From an uncultured cyanobacterium (GTDB lineage: Bacteria; Cyanobacteriota; Cyanobacteriia; Cyanobacteriales; CAWCAG01): DNA of 64,000 bases. The notes below the pieces were generated by a model that saw only the letters and a list, made by a program, of their open reading frames with translations, was not told where the DNA came from and ran no database searches. How positions within the stretch are numbered: the stretch's first letter is position 1; each line of letters starts with the position of its first letter. Made by a program: the position numbers and the translations under genes. This document shows, in pieces, positions 10,726 to 21,300 of this stretch. The DNA lies in contig CAWDOD010000008.1 in assembly GCA_963803805.1 (NCBI GenBank), positions 85,621-149,620 on the forward strand, in the 5' to 3' direction.

Positions 10726-10750
10726 AAGTAATAAGTAATAAGTAATAAGT
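10726..10750. repeat. STRR heptamer tandem (AAGTAAT)x3.5
   Basis: Direct read of tandem heptamers. Confidence 0.7.
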
Positions 10751-10870
10751 TAAGTCCTATAATTGCCTATTCCCTATCACCATTAGCCATTAGCAACTAT
10801 CAAACAACAACTATAAACTTCTTTTCATCTACCTCAATTGTGAGATAGTGTTTTTTGTGCAGGAAAATTT

Positions 10871-12619
10871 CTACTGCAACACTTCTTCCAATTGATGCTG
10901 CTGCCACAGAGAACGATATAAACCAGGAAGATTAAGAAGTTCTTCGTGGCTACCAGTTTGAACAATTTCTCCTGCGTCCATAACTAAAATACGATTAGCG
11001 ATCGCTGCTGCCGAAAGTTGATGGGAAATGAAGATAACTGTTTTGTTTTCTACTCCTCCTGAAAGGTTTTGTAGAATCTGGGTAGCAGTTTGATTATCAA
11101 CGCTAGAAAGAGCATCATCAAGAATCAAAACTGGTGCATCCACCAATAATGCCCTCGCCAAAGAAGTTCTTTGTCTTTGCCCCCCTGAAAGAGTAATTCC
11201 CCTTTCTCCTACCAAAGTTTCGTACTGCTTGGGAAAACTGAGGATTTCTGGGTGAATTTGAGCTTGCTTAGCAGCGTATTCTACTTCTAACAACTCTTGG
11301 GCTGGATCACCGTAACGAATATTATTTTTAATTTTAGTACTGAATAAAAAGCTTTCTTGGGGAACATAGGCGATCGCCGCCCGTAAGTCTGCTAATTGCA
11401 GATTGGCTATATCGTAACCATCAAGGAAAAGCTGTTCGCTATCAATATCCAATAAGCGAGGTAGGGCATTAGCTAAAGTTGATTTTCCTGAACCAATAGG
11501 ACCAACAATTGCCACCGTTTCCCCTGGTTGGATCACAAAACTAACCTCCTTGAGAGCCGGTTCATTGGCTCCTGGATAGGTGTAACTAAGCTTATCCGCC
11601 TTAATTTGACCTTTGACATCTTTTAGAGGCAAATAAAGCGAACCCAGAGCATCTTTTACCTGGGGTTGTACTCGCAAAATTTCTTCTACCCGCTCAATAC
11701 TAACTTCCCCCCTTTGGTAAGCCGTAATCGTAAAACCAAGCAAAGCTGTAGGAAAAGCAAGCCTTTCTACATAAATCAGTAAAGCAATAAAATCTCCCAC
11801 TGTAATATCACCCCTAGCAATCGCCCCTGAACCTAACCAAAGAATGATTAAAAGACTAAACAATGCCAGCCCTTCTACCACAGGAAATAATAAATTTCTT
11901 GTCCTTGCCAACCTCAAATTCGCTGCCAATAAACGCTGATTTTTTTCGTGGAAAGCAGAGCGTTCATTCTTTTCTTGAGCATAAATCTTAATTAAAGAAA
12001 TACCGCTCATATCTTCTTGAATCAATTCGCTCAAATCAGAAAGTCTTTCTTGCACCTTTTTTTGCTGCTTCCCTAAAGTTTTACTAAATATTTGTACAAT
12101 AGTTAGCATCAAAGGATAAATAGCCACAGCCATAAGAGTTAACCTCACATGGATAGACAACATCACCGGCAAGGTTAGAGTATAGGCAAAAAAAGTATTT
12201 GCCAAACTTAAAATAGCAAAACCCAATAACCGGCGAACATTATCCACATCACTAGTTGCCCGGTTAATCAAATCTCCAGAAGTATTGGTAGCAAAATAAG
12301 CTGGTTCAAGTTGTAAAAGATGCTGAAAAATCTTCTGTTTAAGGTCAAATTCCACCTGTCGCCCAATACCAAATAAAGTCATGCGAGAAAACATACGCAT
12401 AACTAACATAATTGAGGCTAACAAAAGGATAAGTAGAGAATAGCGCCAAAGCTGCTCCATACCAAAATCAGTTTGGAGTTGGTCAATACTATCCTTAATT
12501 AACAGAGGAATGTAGATTCCTATACCATTAACAACTAAAAGAGCGACGATACCTAAAAAAACCTGTCGCCAATAGGGGCGCAGATAATTACCTAATTTCT
12601 GTAGCTGTGAGTTACCCAT
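10871..12619 (-). CDS. ABC exporter, fused permease/ATPase (MdlA-like)
   Basis: Multi-TM N-terminal domain; GPIGSGKST, VPQ, LSGGQRQR, LILDD. Confidence 0.95.
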   Translation of the reverse strand: MGNSQLQKLGNYLRPYWRQVFLGIVALLVVNGIGIYIPLLIKDSIDQLQTDFGMEQLWRYSLLILLLASIMLVMRMFSRMTLFGIGRQVEFDLKQKIFQHLLQLEPAYFATNTSGDLINRATSDVDNVRRLLGFAILSLANTFFAYTLTLPVMLSIHVRLTLMAVAIYPLMLTIVQIFSKTLGKQQKKVQERLSDLSELIQEDMSGISLIKIYAQEKNERSAFHEKNQRLLAANLRLARTRNLLFPVVEGLALFSLLIILWLGSGAIARGDITVGDFIALLIYVERLAFPTALLGFTITAYQRGEVSIERVEEILRVQPQVKDALGSLYLPLKDVKGQIKADKLSYTYPGANEPALKEVSFVIQPGETVAIVGPIGSGKSTLANALPRLLDIDSEQLFLDGYDIANLQLADLRAAIAYVPQESFLFSTKIKNNIRYGDPAQELLEVEYAAKQAQIHPEILSFPKQYETLVGERGITLSGGQRQRTSLARALLVDAPVLILDDALSSVDNQTATQILQNLSGGVENKTVIFISHQLSAAAIANRILVMDAGEIVQTGSHEELLNLPGLYRSLWQQHQLEEVLQ

Positions 12620-12836
12620 GCTACAAATTTAACAAGTTTTATATTATTCGTGGGGAAAAGATGGCTTGAGCTTATCTACGCAGCAAAAAAAAAACTTTGT
12701 CAATATGTCTTAAGTATTCTATTTCTTCCAACAACCTCTTACTTATGTAAGACAATTATTACGAATTAAGAAATTAATTGAAAATGGCTTAAAATCTCTG
12801 TATCGTCTAAAAAATAACGTACAGAGGTAATTATCT

Positions 12837-12995
12837 ATGTCTCTTTATACTATCTTGATAATAGCTTTAATTGTATTCTTAATTGCATCTTTACCTGTAT
12901 ATCCTTATAGCCGGAGATGGGGATACTATCCAACAGGTGGATTAGGAGCAGTGGTACTTATCTTGCTCATTTTAGTGCTTTTGGGTGTTATTTAA
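12837..12995 (+). CDS. DUF3309 family small membrane protein (52 aa; not in the ORF track)
   Basis: MSLYTILIIALIVFLIASLPVYPYSRRWGYYPTGGLGAVVLILLILVLLGVI*; signature LP.YPYSR.WGY.P.GGLG; AGAGGT RBS. Confidence 0.88.
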   Translation: MSLYTILIIALIVFLIASLPVYPYSRRWGYYPTGGLGAVVLILLILVLLGVI

Positions 12996-13165
12996 TAACT
13001 ACTAAGCTAAAACGCATTTAAACTAGCATTTAAGGCGTTGGTAATTTTGAGTATGATTGTTATTTGCTGGCGATCACCAAACCGTTGAAGTGCAAATACT
13101 TCAGATTATTAAGTTTTTGTTTTCATACCTTTATTGACCAACGCCGACTTTTTTATTGGCTAAAA

Positions 13166-13462
13166 TCACAGATTATTATTTCTTTGCCCACCTTTTTCAT
13201 ATACTTCTTGTTTACTCACAATAAACAATCCGCTCATTGCTTTCTCTGCAATCCAAGGGCTAGATTGATCTTGAAGATTATTTATTGAGTTTCTCTAAAT
13301 AGAATCGGAATAAGTAATCAAATGCAGTACCAACTAAGCCGTGGTTTTCGTATGTGGCTCAACCAGCAAAGTCTTATTTTTATCTAACTTAGGGACTGCA
13401 AAAGTAGACTGGATTTCGTTTTTGAGTTCTTTGTCTGTTTTGATAAGTGAGGTAAGGCTCAT
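13166..13462 (-). pseudogene. Multiply frameshifted remnant of an uncharacterised protein
   Basis: Three frames join into MSLTSLIK...LLVEPHTK / NHGLVGTAFDYLFRFYLEKLN / NNLQDQSSPWIAEKA. Confidence 0.55.
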
Positions 13463-13660
13463 GTTTTTTATTTATCTTGCGATCGCGTTCTAGGATTTTA
13501 GCTTCAAACTTATGGCGAACCTGAGATTCATAGATTTTCTGATTCAAAAAAATCTCTAGTCTTAATTAGGGCAATACATCTTCACTTAACAATCTCTTCG
13601 TCTTGCTCAGACAAAATTAGTTAATCTTAGAGTATAAATAAAAAAATATCTCCAAAATTA

Positions 13661-13876
13661 ATGGATAGTAAGCAAATAGCTGATTACATTGAAGCCACAG
13701 ACGGTATTTCTAAACCTTGGTTATTAGTACAACTACGTCTTAAGAAACTTCAAGAAAGGCGAGGAGAAATTTCTCAACAAGAGTATTTGCAGCAGCTAGA
13801 AGATATTCATCAAGATTTAATAAAGCTAGGAAAATGGTGGAAAGGCAGAGAGGGAGAAGTTTTCGGGAATGTGTGA
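13661..13876 (+). CDS. Conserved cyanobacterial hypothetical protein
   Basis: 71-aa ORF (KPWLLVQLRL.KL.ER...LG.WW.G.E.EVF) upstream of ppk1; TATAAA-like box upstream. Confidence 0.75.
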   Translation: MDSKQIADYIEATDGISKPWLLVQLRLKKLQERRGEISQQEYLQQLEDIHQDLIKLGKWWKGREGEVFGNV

Positions 13877-13903
13877 GGGAGAGGAAGCTCATAACTGAAT
13901 CAT

Positions 13904-13927
13904 TGATAACTGATAACTGATAACTGA
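13904..13927. repeat. STRR heptamer tandem (TGATAAC)x3.4
   Basis: Direct read, immediately before the ppk1 start. Confidence 0.7.
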
Positions 13928-13933
13928 AACATC

Positions 13934-16102
13934 ATGGGGCAATCTAAACCTAAAACTCCTAAAAAAGAACTTGATCTTGGGGATAGTAAATATTACTTCA
14001 ATCGGGAACTAAGTTGGTTAGAGTTTAATCGGCGAGTTTTACATGAAGCCATCGATTCTCGTACCCCTTTATTAGAACGACTTAAGTTCATGGCTATTTT
14101 CAGTTCTAATTTAGACGAATTTTTCATGGTGCGGGTAGCTGGTTTAAAACAGCAAGAAAAAGTTGGAGTTAGCAAAATTACTGCTGATGGCCGCACTCCC
14201 ACAGAACAATTGCGAGATATTAGTAAAAAATTAGCACCCCTAGTAGAACAACAAGATCAGTATTTTGAGTCAGAATTGCGGCCCTTATTAGCGACAGAGG
14301 GGATTAATTTATTTAACTATACAGACCTTAACCAAAAACAAAGAGCTTATATACAAAGTTACTTTGAAGAACATATCTTCCCTGTTGTTACTCCCTTAGC
14401 TGTTGATCCTAGCCATCCTTTCCCTTACATTTCTAACCTCAGCTTAAACTTAGCGGTGGTAGTTAAAAATCCGGAAACTGAAGAAGAATTATTCGCCCGT
14501 ATCAAAGTTCCCAAGGTTTTACCACGCTTTGTCACTTTGCCAGAAGATTTACGCCAACGTCATAAGGAGAATAAAAAGGCAATTTGGGCGGGGATTCCTT
14601 TGGAACAAGTAATTTCCCATAACTTAGAATCACTGTTTCCTGGCATGAATATCCAAGAATGCCATCCTTTTCGGGTTACTCGTAATGCAGATATAGCCGT
14701 TGAAGAAGATGAAGCTGATGATTTATTGCTAGCTATTGAAGAAGAATTGCAAAAAAGGCGCTTTGGTGGTTCAGCCGTTCGCCTAGAATTAACCGGTTCA
14801 ACCCCAGATAGTTTACGGGAAATGCTGGCAGAAGAACTCTTTTTAAAAGAGGAAGATGTTTATCTGTGTTCTAGCTTTTTGGGTATGTCCGACTTGATGA
14901 ACCTCATGGAAATACCCCGCCCTGATCTTAAGCACCCGATTTGGCATCGTGCTATCCCTCCTCGCTTACAAAGAGTTGCTGAGAGTCATGAAGGCAATGA
15001 CGGGGAAGAAGAAAATAGTTTCTTTGATGTTATTTCCCAAGGCGATTTGCTGGTTCACCACCCCTATCATTCTTTTAGGGCGACTGTCCAAAGCTTCATT
15101 ACCCAAGCGGCACATGACCCTCAAGTGCTAGCAATTAAAATGACTCTCTACCGTACTTCAGGGGATTCTCCTATTGTCCAAGCCCTTATTTCAGCGGCCA
15201 GAAATGGTAAGCAAGTAGTAGCCTTGGTGGAACTAAAAGCCCGCTTTGATGAACAAAATAACATCCTTTGGGCTAGAAAGTTAGAACAGGCTGGAGTTCA
15301 TGTGGTTTATGGGTTAGTGGGGTTAAAAACCCATACAAAAATCACCTTAGTAGTACGTCAAGAAAAGAATAAAATTCGCCGCTACTTCCATGTGGGAACA
15401 GGAAACTATAATCCTAAAACGGCTAAATTATATACAGATTTAGGACTATTAAGTTGTCGAGAAGAGTTGGGTGCAGACTTAACAGATTTATTCAACTACC
15501 TCACAGGTTACTCTCGGCAAAAATCTTACCGCAAACTATTAGTAGCCCCGGTGAATTTGCGCGATCGCATGACAGCTTTGATTAAACGAGAAACCGAACA
15601 AGCTAGCCAGGGAATTGAGAGCCGTATTATTGCCAAAATGAATTCTTTGGTAGACCCCCAGATTATCACTGCCCTCTACGAAGCTTCCCAAGCAGGGGTT
15701 AAAATCGACTTAATCGTTAGGGGAATCTGTTGCTTGCGCCCTGGAGTCAAAGGAGTGAGTGAAAATATCCGCGTTATTAGCATAATTAGTCGTCTGCTGG
15801 AACATTCTCGCATCTTTTATTTTCATAATGGAGGAGAAGATGAAATGTATATCGGTAGTGCCGACTGGATGCGTCGTAACTTAGACAGGCGAGTAGAAGC
15901 GGTAACGCCAGTTGAAGATTCAGAAATTTTCCAAGACCTACAAGGAATCTTAGAAATTATGCTAGGGGATCATCGCCATGGTTGGGAATTGCAAACCGAC
16001 GGTAACTACAAACAAAGAAAACCAGAAAACGAAGCTAATAGCTTAGGTTCCCAAGAAACTTTGATGAATATGGCCTGGGAGGCTGTCCATGTTAATTATT
16101 GA
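13934..16102 (+). CDS. ppk1: Polyphosphate kinase 1
   Basis: NRELSWLEFN.RV, SNLDEFFMVRVA, HHPY.SF, IKMTLYR, ELKARFDE, KTHTK, LEHSRI, GSADWM.RNLDRRVE. Confidence 0.98.
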   Translation: MGQSKPKTPKKELDLGDSKYYFNRELSWLEFNRRVLHEAIDSRTPLLERLKFMAIFSSNLDEFFMVRVAGLKQQEKVGVSKITADGRTPTEQLRDISKKLAPLVEQQDQYFESELRPLLATEGINLFNYTDLNQKQRAYIQSYFEEHIFPVVTPLAVDPSHPFPYISNLSLNLAVVVKNPETEEELFARIKVPKVLPRFVTLPEDLRQRHKENKKAIWAGIPLEQVISHNLESLFPGMNIQECHPFRVTRNADIAVEEDEADDLLLAIEEELQKRRFGGSAVRLELTGSTPDSLREMLAEELFLKEEDVYLCSSFLGMSDLMNLMEIPRPDLKHPIWHRAIPPRLQRVAESHEGNDGEEENSFFDVISQGDLLVHHPYHSFRATVQSFITQAAHDPQVLAIKMTLYRTSGDSPIVQALISAARNGKQVVALVELKARFDEQNNILWARKLEQAGVHVVYGLVGLKTHTKITLVVRQEKNKIRRYFHVGTGNYNPKTAKLYTDLGLLSCREELGADLTDLFNYLTGYSRQKSYRKLLVAPVNLRDRMTALIKRETEQASQGIESRIIAKMNSLVDPQIITALYEASQAGVKIDLIVRGICCLRPGVKGVSENIRVISIISRLLEHSRIFYFHNGGEDEMYIGSADWMRRNLDRRVEAVTPVEDSEIFQDLQGILEIMLGDHRHGWELQTDGNYKQRKPENEANSLGSQETLMNMAWEAVHVNY

Positions 16103-16119
16103 GGTGAAATCAGGAAAGA

Positions 16120-16161
16120 TAATGGGTAATGGCTAGTTGCTAGTTGCTAATGGCTAATGGT
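16120..16161. repeat. STRR heptamer tandem (TAATGGC/TAGTTGC)x6
   Basis: Degenerate tandem heptamers after the ppk1 stop. Confidence 0.65.
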
Positions 16162-16292
16162 TATTGCTCCTAGCTCCCTAGTAGTATGTCAGCCTATGAT
16201 TTTGGGGTTACAAGGATTACTGACCTCTGGCCTCTAGACCCTTTCCCCGTTAATTGAAAATTGACACACTGCTACCTCCACACTCCAAACCA

Positions 16293-18134
16293 ATGACGAA
16301 ACTGATCGGTGGTAATTATCAATTTATTAAAGTGCTTGGTATGGCTGAATTAGTCCACACCTACTTAGTGGCTGATCTGCATATACCAGGACATCCTCAG
16401 TGCGTCATTAAGCGCTTGCGGCTTCCTGGCAAGTATCCGAAAACCCTAGAGTTAATCTTCAACCTATTAGAAAAAAAAGCTGCCCTTCTAGAAAAAGTTG
16501 GTTGCCATGATTGTATACCAGCAACTATCGCTTTTTTTGCGGAAAATCAGGAATTTTATTTAGTACGAGAATATATTTCCGGTCGTTCTTTGGCTACAGA
16601 AATTGTTCCGGGTAATCCCCTCTCAGAACAAGAAGTTATTTACATTCTCGAAGAAATCTTAGAAATTTTAATTTTTGCTCGTCAAAATAGGGTTATACAC
16701 TACTCAATTAAACCTACTAATATTATTCGTCACCATCCGGATGGGAAATTAGTCTTAACAGACTTTGGTACTATTGAGGACACTATTGAGCAACTTATGC
16801 ACTCCCAAGGAGAGAATGTTCAACTCACCAAGGAAGAGAGTTTGTATACCCCACCGCCAGAAATCAGGGGAAAAGTTGCCGACAACAGCGATATTTATGC
16901 TTTGGGTATAACGGCAATACAAGCCTTAGTTGGGCTATCAACCGAAGAATTAAAAGAGTTAAAAAATATTTCTTGGCGCGATCGCATCGAAGTAAGAGAT
17001 GAGTTAGCAGCGATTTTAAATAAAGCCATTCACCCCCAAAGGAAAGAAAGTTACCAAACCCCCCAGGAGATGCTAGAGGCTCTCCAAGACTTACCTAATT
17101 CAGACTCTGCTTTAGCTTTAGAAACCCAAGTCCCTACTGCAAAAAAAAACTCTCGCCAAAACTCTTTACAATTACCAACTTCTCTTCTAATCGGCGTAAT
17201 AGCTATTATTGCTATTTTTGGTACAGCTTATAGTAGCGGGCTGCCCCAGAAATTACTTGCTCGTTACTATTTCAACCAAGGTATTAAATCCGAAAAAGAA
17301 AATCAGGAATTACAAGCCCTGAAAAACTATAATACTGCTATTGCAATGCAACCTAACTACTCTAGAGCTTTTTATAAAAGAGGTTTAATTCGTAGTAGTC
17401 AAGGTGAGTTGCAAGCCGCTTTAGCGAATTTAACCCAAGCCATTGAAATTAACCCAGAAGATGCAGAAATATATTATCAACGGGGTAATTTGCGCTTCCA
17501 ACTCGGAGATGTTCAAGGAGCAGAAGTTGATTATAGCGAGGCGATTAAACTGAACCCCCAATTAGTAGAAGCCTATGTCAACCGAGGTAGTGTTTACGCA
17601 GAGATGGGAAAGGAAGAAAAAGCTGTTGAAGATTATAGTCAAGGGATTAAGATTGACCCCCAATTAGCTGAACCTTACCTCAATCGTTGCTTTTCTCGTT
17701 CTAACCTGGGGGATCAAAAAGGAGCAATCACCGATTGTACCGAAGCCATTAGCCTCAGCCCTGATGATGTTTTAGCCTATCAAAATCGTGGCTTAGCACA
17801 TCGCCGTCTAGGGGATATCCAAAGTGCGATCGCCGATTATAATATCGCTATTCAGCTTGATGATAGCGATGCAGATCCCTACTACAACAGGGGTTTAGCC
17901 CGCTCTGACTTAAAAGATTTTCAAGGTGCGATCGCCGATTATACAGAAGCAATCAAGCGCAACGAAGATCATGCCTTAGCTTATTATGAAAGAGGCTTAG
18001 CTTATCAAACCTTGGGAAATATTGAAGGGGCGAAAGAAGATTTTCAAACCACTTCTCAAAAATGCTTAGATTTAAGTCAATTAGGTTGTTATAAAGATGC
18101 CCAGTATCAACTAGAATCTTTGGCAGGAAATTAA
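16293..18134 (+). CDS. Ser/Thr kinase-like (probable pseudokinase)-TM-TPR protein
   Basis: Kinase fold with VIK and DFG, but HRD replaced by HYS; TM ~aa 310-328; multiple TPRs (AY.NRG). ATG 16293 preferred over TTG 16254. Confidence 0.88.
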   Translation: MTKLIGGNYQFIKVLGMAELVHTYLVADLHIPGHPQCVIKRLRLPGKYPKTLELIFNLLEKKAALLEKVGCHDCIPATIAFFAENQEFYLVREYISGRSLATEIVPGNPLSEQEVIYILEEILEILIFARQNRVIHYSIKPTNIIRHHPDGKLVLTDFGTIEDTIEQLMHSQGENVQLTKEESLYTPPPEIRGKVADNSDIYALGITAIQALVGLSTEELKELKNISWRDRIEVRDELAAILNKAIHPQRKESYQTPQEMLEALQDLPNSDSALALETQVPTAKKNSRQNSLQLPTSLLIGVIAIIAIFGTAYSSGLPQKLLARYYFNQGIKSEKENQELQALKNYNTAIAMQPNYSRAFYKRGLIRSSQGELQAALANLTQAIEINPEDAEIYYQRGNLRFQLGDVQGAEVDYSEAIKLNPQLVEAYVNRGSVYAEMGKEEKAVEDYSQGIKIDPQLAEPYLNRCFSRSNLGDQKGAITDCTEAISLSPDDVLAYQNRGLAHRRLGDIQSAIADYNIAIQLDDSDADPYYNRGLARSDLKDFQGAIADYTEAIKRNEDHALAYYERGLAYQTLGNIEGAKEDFQTTSQKCLDLSQLGCYKDAQYQLESLAGN

Positions 18135-18231
18135 GTTTTTAGTTTCTAAAAATAATCTTTAAAGTTTTGTTTAAGACTATCCTCTTCGTACTAGACAATG
18201 CTATTGATAATCCTGCGTTAGAATCTAACCT

Positions 18232-18277
18232 AATGCTATATCCCAATTAAATTAAATGCTATATCCCAATTAAATTA
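18232..18277. repeat. Perfect 23-nt tandem duplication
   Basis: aatgctatatcccaattaaatta at 18232-18254 and 18255-18277. Confidence 0.85.
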
Positions 18278-18381
18278 GGGGATAATTTTTATAGCAAAAA
18301 TTACCTTTTACCCTTTACCCCTAAATAAAAAATTGACGGGTAAAAGGGTACTACTTCTTTGAATAGGGACTATTAAAAATA

Positions 18382-21300
18382 ATGATCCGCAAGAATACCA
18401 CTACCTCTTCAGGCGAAAATAACTTTTTCATAGTCAGTATCGGCGCTTCCGCTGGTGGTGTCCAAGCCTTAGAGTCATTTTTTGGTAACGTCCCAGATCA
18501 CCCCAATGCTGCTTTTGTCGTCGTACAGCATCTTTCTCCCAATCACAAAAGCATGATGAGCGAGATTCTTCAACGGCAGACAGCAATGCCTGTACAGGAA
18601 GTAGAAGATCAAATGCCCTTGGAGCCAAGTAAAGTTTATGTTTTGCCTCCTGGGAAAAGTTTAGTCTTAGAAAATTGCTCCTTACGCCTCCAAAAAAAAT
18701 CAGAAGCACGCAACTATCCTATTAATCAATTTTTCCAATCTTTAGTCGAAGAATGGGGAGAGCGAACCATCGCTATTCTTCTTTCAGGTACTGGTAACGA
18801 TGGAACAGAAGGATTACAAGCGGTTAGCAGAGCCGGAGGAATTGCTTTAGTGCAATCTTCAGAAACGGCCCAATTTACTAGTATGCCTAGTAGCGCTATT
18901 CCCTCTGGTTTAGTCGATGAAGTCCTTTCCCCCCAAGATTTAGCCCAAACCGTTTTTGAGTTAATTCGCTTTTCAGAAAACTTTCCTAACTCCACAGCAG
19001 AAGAGGCTAGTTTAATTGATCCTGATCTGTTGCAAAGAATTCTTGATGTGCTTGCTGAGCGGGAAGAAATTGACTTCTCCCATTACAAAGTTAGCACCCT
19101 AAGCCGCCGCATTCACCATCGCTGCGCCTTAACCAGGAAAAGTAGCTTAGAAGATTATATTGGTTTCCTAGAAGATTCTGAAGAAGAGCAGAAATTGTTG
19201 CGTCAAGATTTACTTATTGGGGCAACCTGCTTCTTTCGCGATCGCAGCGCTTGGGAATTTCTTGAAACTAAAGTATTACCAAAAATAATTGCTGAACTAC
19301 AACCCCAACAACAACTAAGGGTTTGGGTTTCAGCCTGTGCCACAGGGGAAGAAGCTTACTCAATGGCGATTTTGGTAGATGAAGCCATTCGCAGAGCAGG
19401 AAAATCAGTACAAGTGAAAATTTTTGCTACTGATCTAGATACCAATGCCCTAGAGGTAGCTGCTCAAGGTATTTACCCCGAAAGCATTGCCAGTGATATT
19501 TCTCCAGAGCGTTTAGAATACTACTTTACCTCTGACAGCAACAACTTTAGGGTTAAGCGATCTCTAAGGGAAATGCTGATTGTTGCCCCTCACGATCTGA
19601 CTAAAAATGCAGGCTTCTCCAAAATGAACTTGGTAAGCTGTCGCAATGTTTTAATTTATATGCAACCGCAACTACAACAACAGGTTCTGCGTTTACTGCA
19701 TTTTGCTTTAGGTTCCCATGGAGTTCTATTTTTGGGCAGTTCCGAAACCCTAGGGGGTTTAGAAGAGGAATTTACCCCCCTAAATAACAAGTGTAAAATT
19801 TTTCGCAAACGGCGGGATAATCAACTATCCTTAATGCCCATTACTAGGCAAACTATCGTTACCCCCATCCACCAAGCATCTAGCCGTTCAAAAAGTAGGC
19901 AACAGCAACTAGACAGGCTTTTAGGAGAAGTATTTAAGTATTGTTTATCAGAGCGGCAAATTACCTGCTTATTAGTTAATCAAAATAATCAACTGCTGCG
20001 GGTTTTTTACAATGCTGCTCGTTTATTAGAATTTCCCGTTGGGCAGCCAGTTTTAGATGTTACTGAAATCGTTCATCCTAGTTTAAAGCTTCCTCTTAGT
20101 ACCGCCTTACATCGCACTAAGCGAGACAAAACCCCAGTCCTCTATACAGGAGTTAAACTAGAAAGAGATGGTGAACAACGAAATATTAGCCTGCGGGTAG
20201 GCATAGATGAAAGTAGTCGCCACAGCGAAAACCATCGCATTGTGGTTTTAGAAATAGAAGAACAACCAACCCCAGTTTCCACTGTGGCCCTCGCTTTTGA
20301 CCTAGATACAGAAGCGACTCAGCGTATCACCGAGTTAGAATACGAACTGCAACAGACTCGTGAGAATTTGCAAGTTACCATTGAAGAATTAGAAACTACC
20401 AACGAAGAACAGCAAGCAACCAACGAAGAATTACTAGCTTCTAATGAAGAGTTGCAAAGTACTAACGAAGAACTCCAGTCAGTTAACGAAGAGCTTTATA
20501 CAGTTAATGCAGAGTATCAGTCTAAAATTCAGGAACTGACACAGCTTAACAATGATATTAATAACTTACTCCGTAGCACTAATATTGGTGTTGTCTTTCT
20601 GGATCGGGATTTGAATATTCGTAAATTTACCCCTGCAGCAACCCGTGCCATTAATATTAAATCAACAGATATCGGCCGCCCCTTAGCAGATATTACCCAT
20701 AACCTAAGCTGTTCTGACTTACTCGAAATTCTCCAGCAAGTGGCAGATACAGAAGAACCAGTAGAGCAAGAAGTCTGTTTTGCTGATTCCGATGAATGTT
20801 CCTTAATGCGGGTAAATCCCTATTTTCAAGACAATGCTGGTAGCAATGGTGTGGTAGTTACTTTTGTTGATATTGATGAGTTAAAGCGAGTACAAGATGA
20901 ACTTTATCAAGCTAATGAAATTTTAGAAAATCTCTATGCTACTAGTCCTGTCGGTTTATCTTTGCACGATAAAGATTTAAAGTTTTTGCGTATCAATGAA
21001 GCTCTTGCTGGCATTAATGGTTATTCTATCGAAGAGCATTTAGGTAAAACTTTACAAGAGCTTATTCCTGAGTTAGCACAGCAGGTTGAACCCTTACTGC
21101 GTCAAGTAATAGAGACTGGTGAAGCGATTTATGGCATAGAAATTTGTGGTAACACAGCAAGAGATTCCAGTCAAGAGCGCCATTGGATAGGTAGCTACTA
21201 TCCTGTTGATTTTCTGCGGGATGGGTTGGGAGTTGGTGCTGTAGTTGTGGAAATAACTGAGCGAATTCGCTCTGAAGAAGCCCTAAAACGCAGCAAAGCA

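Noticed and set aside
13064-13288. 74-aa plus-strand ORF
   Set aside because: Antisense shadow of the minus-strand pseudogene; TTG start with no recognisable motif.
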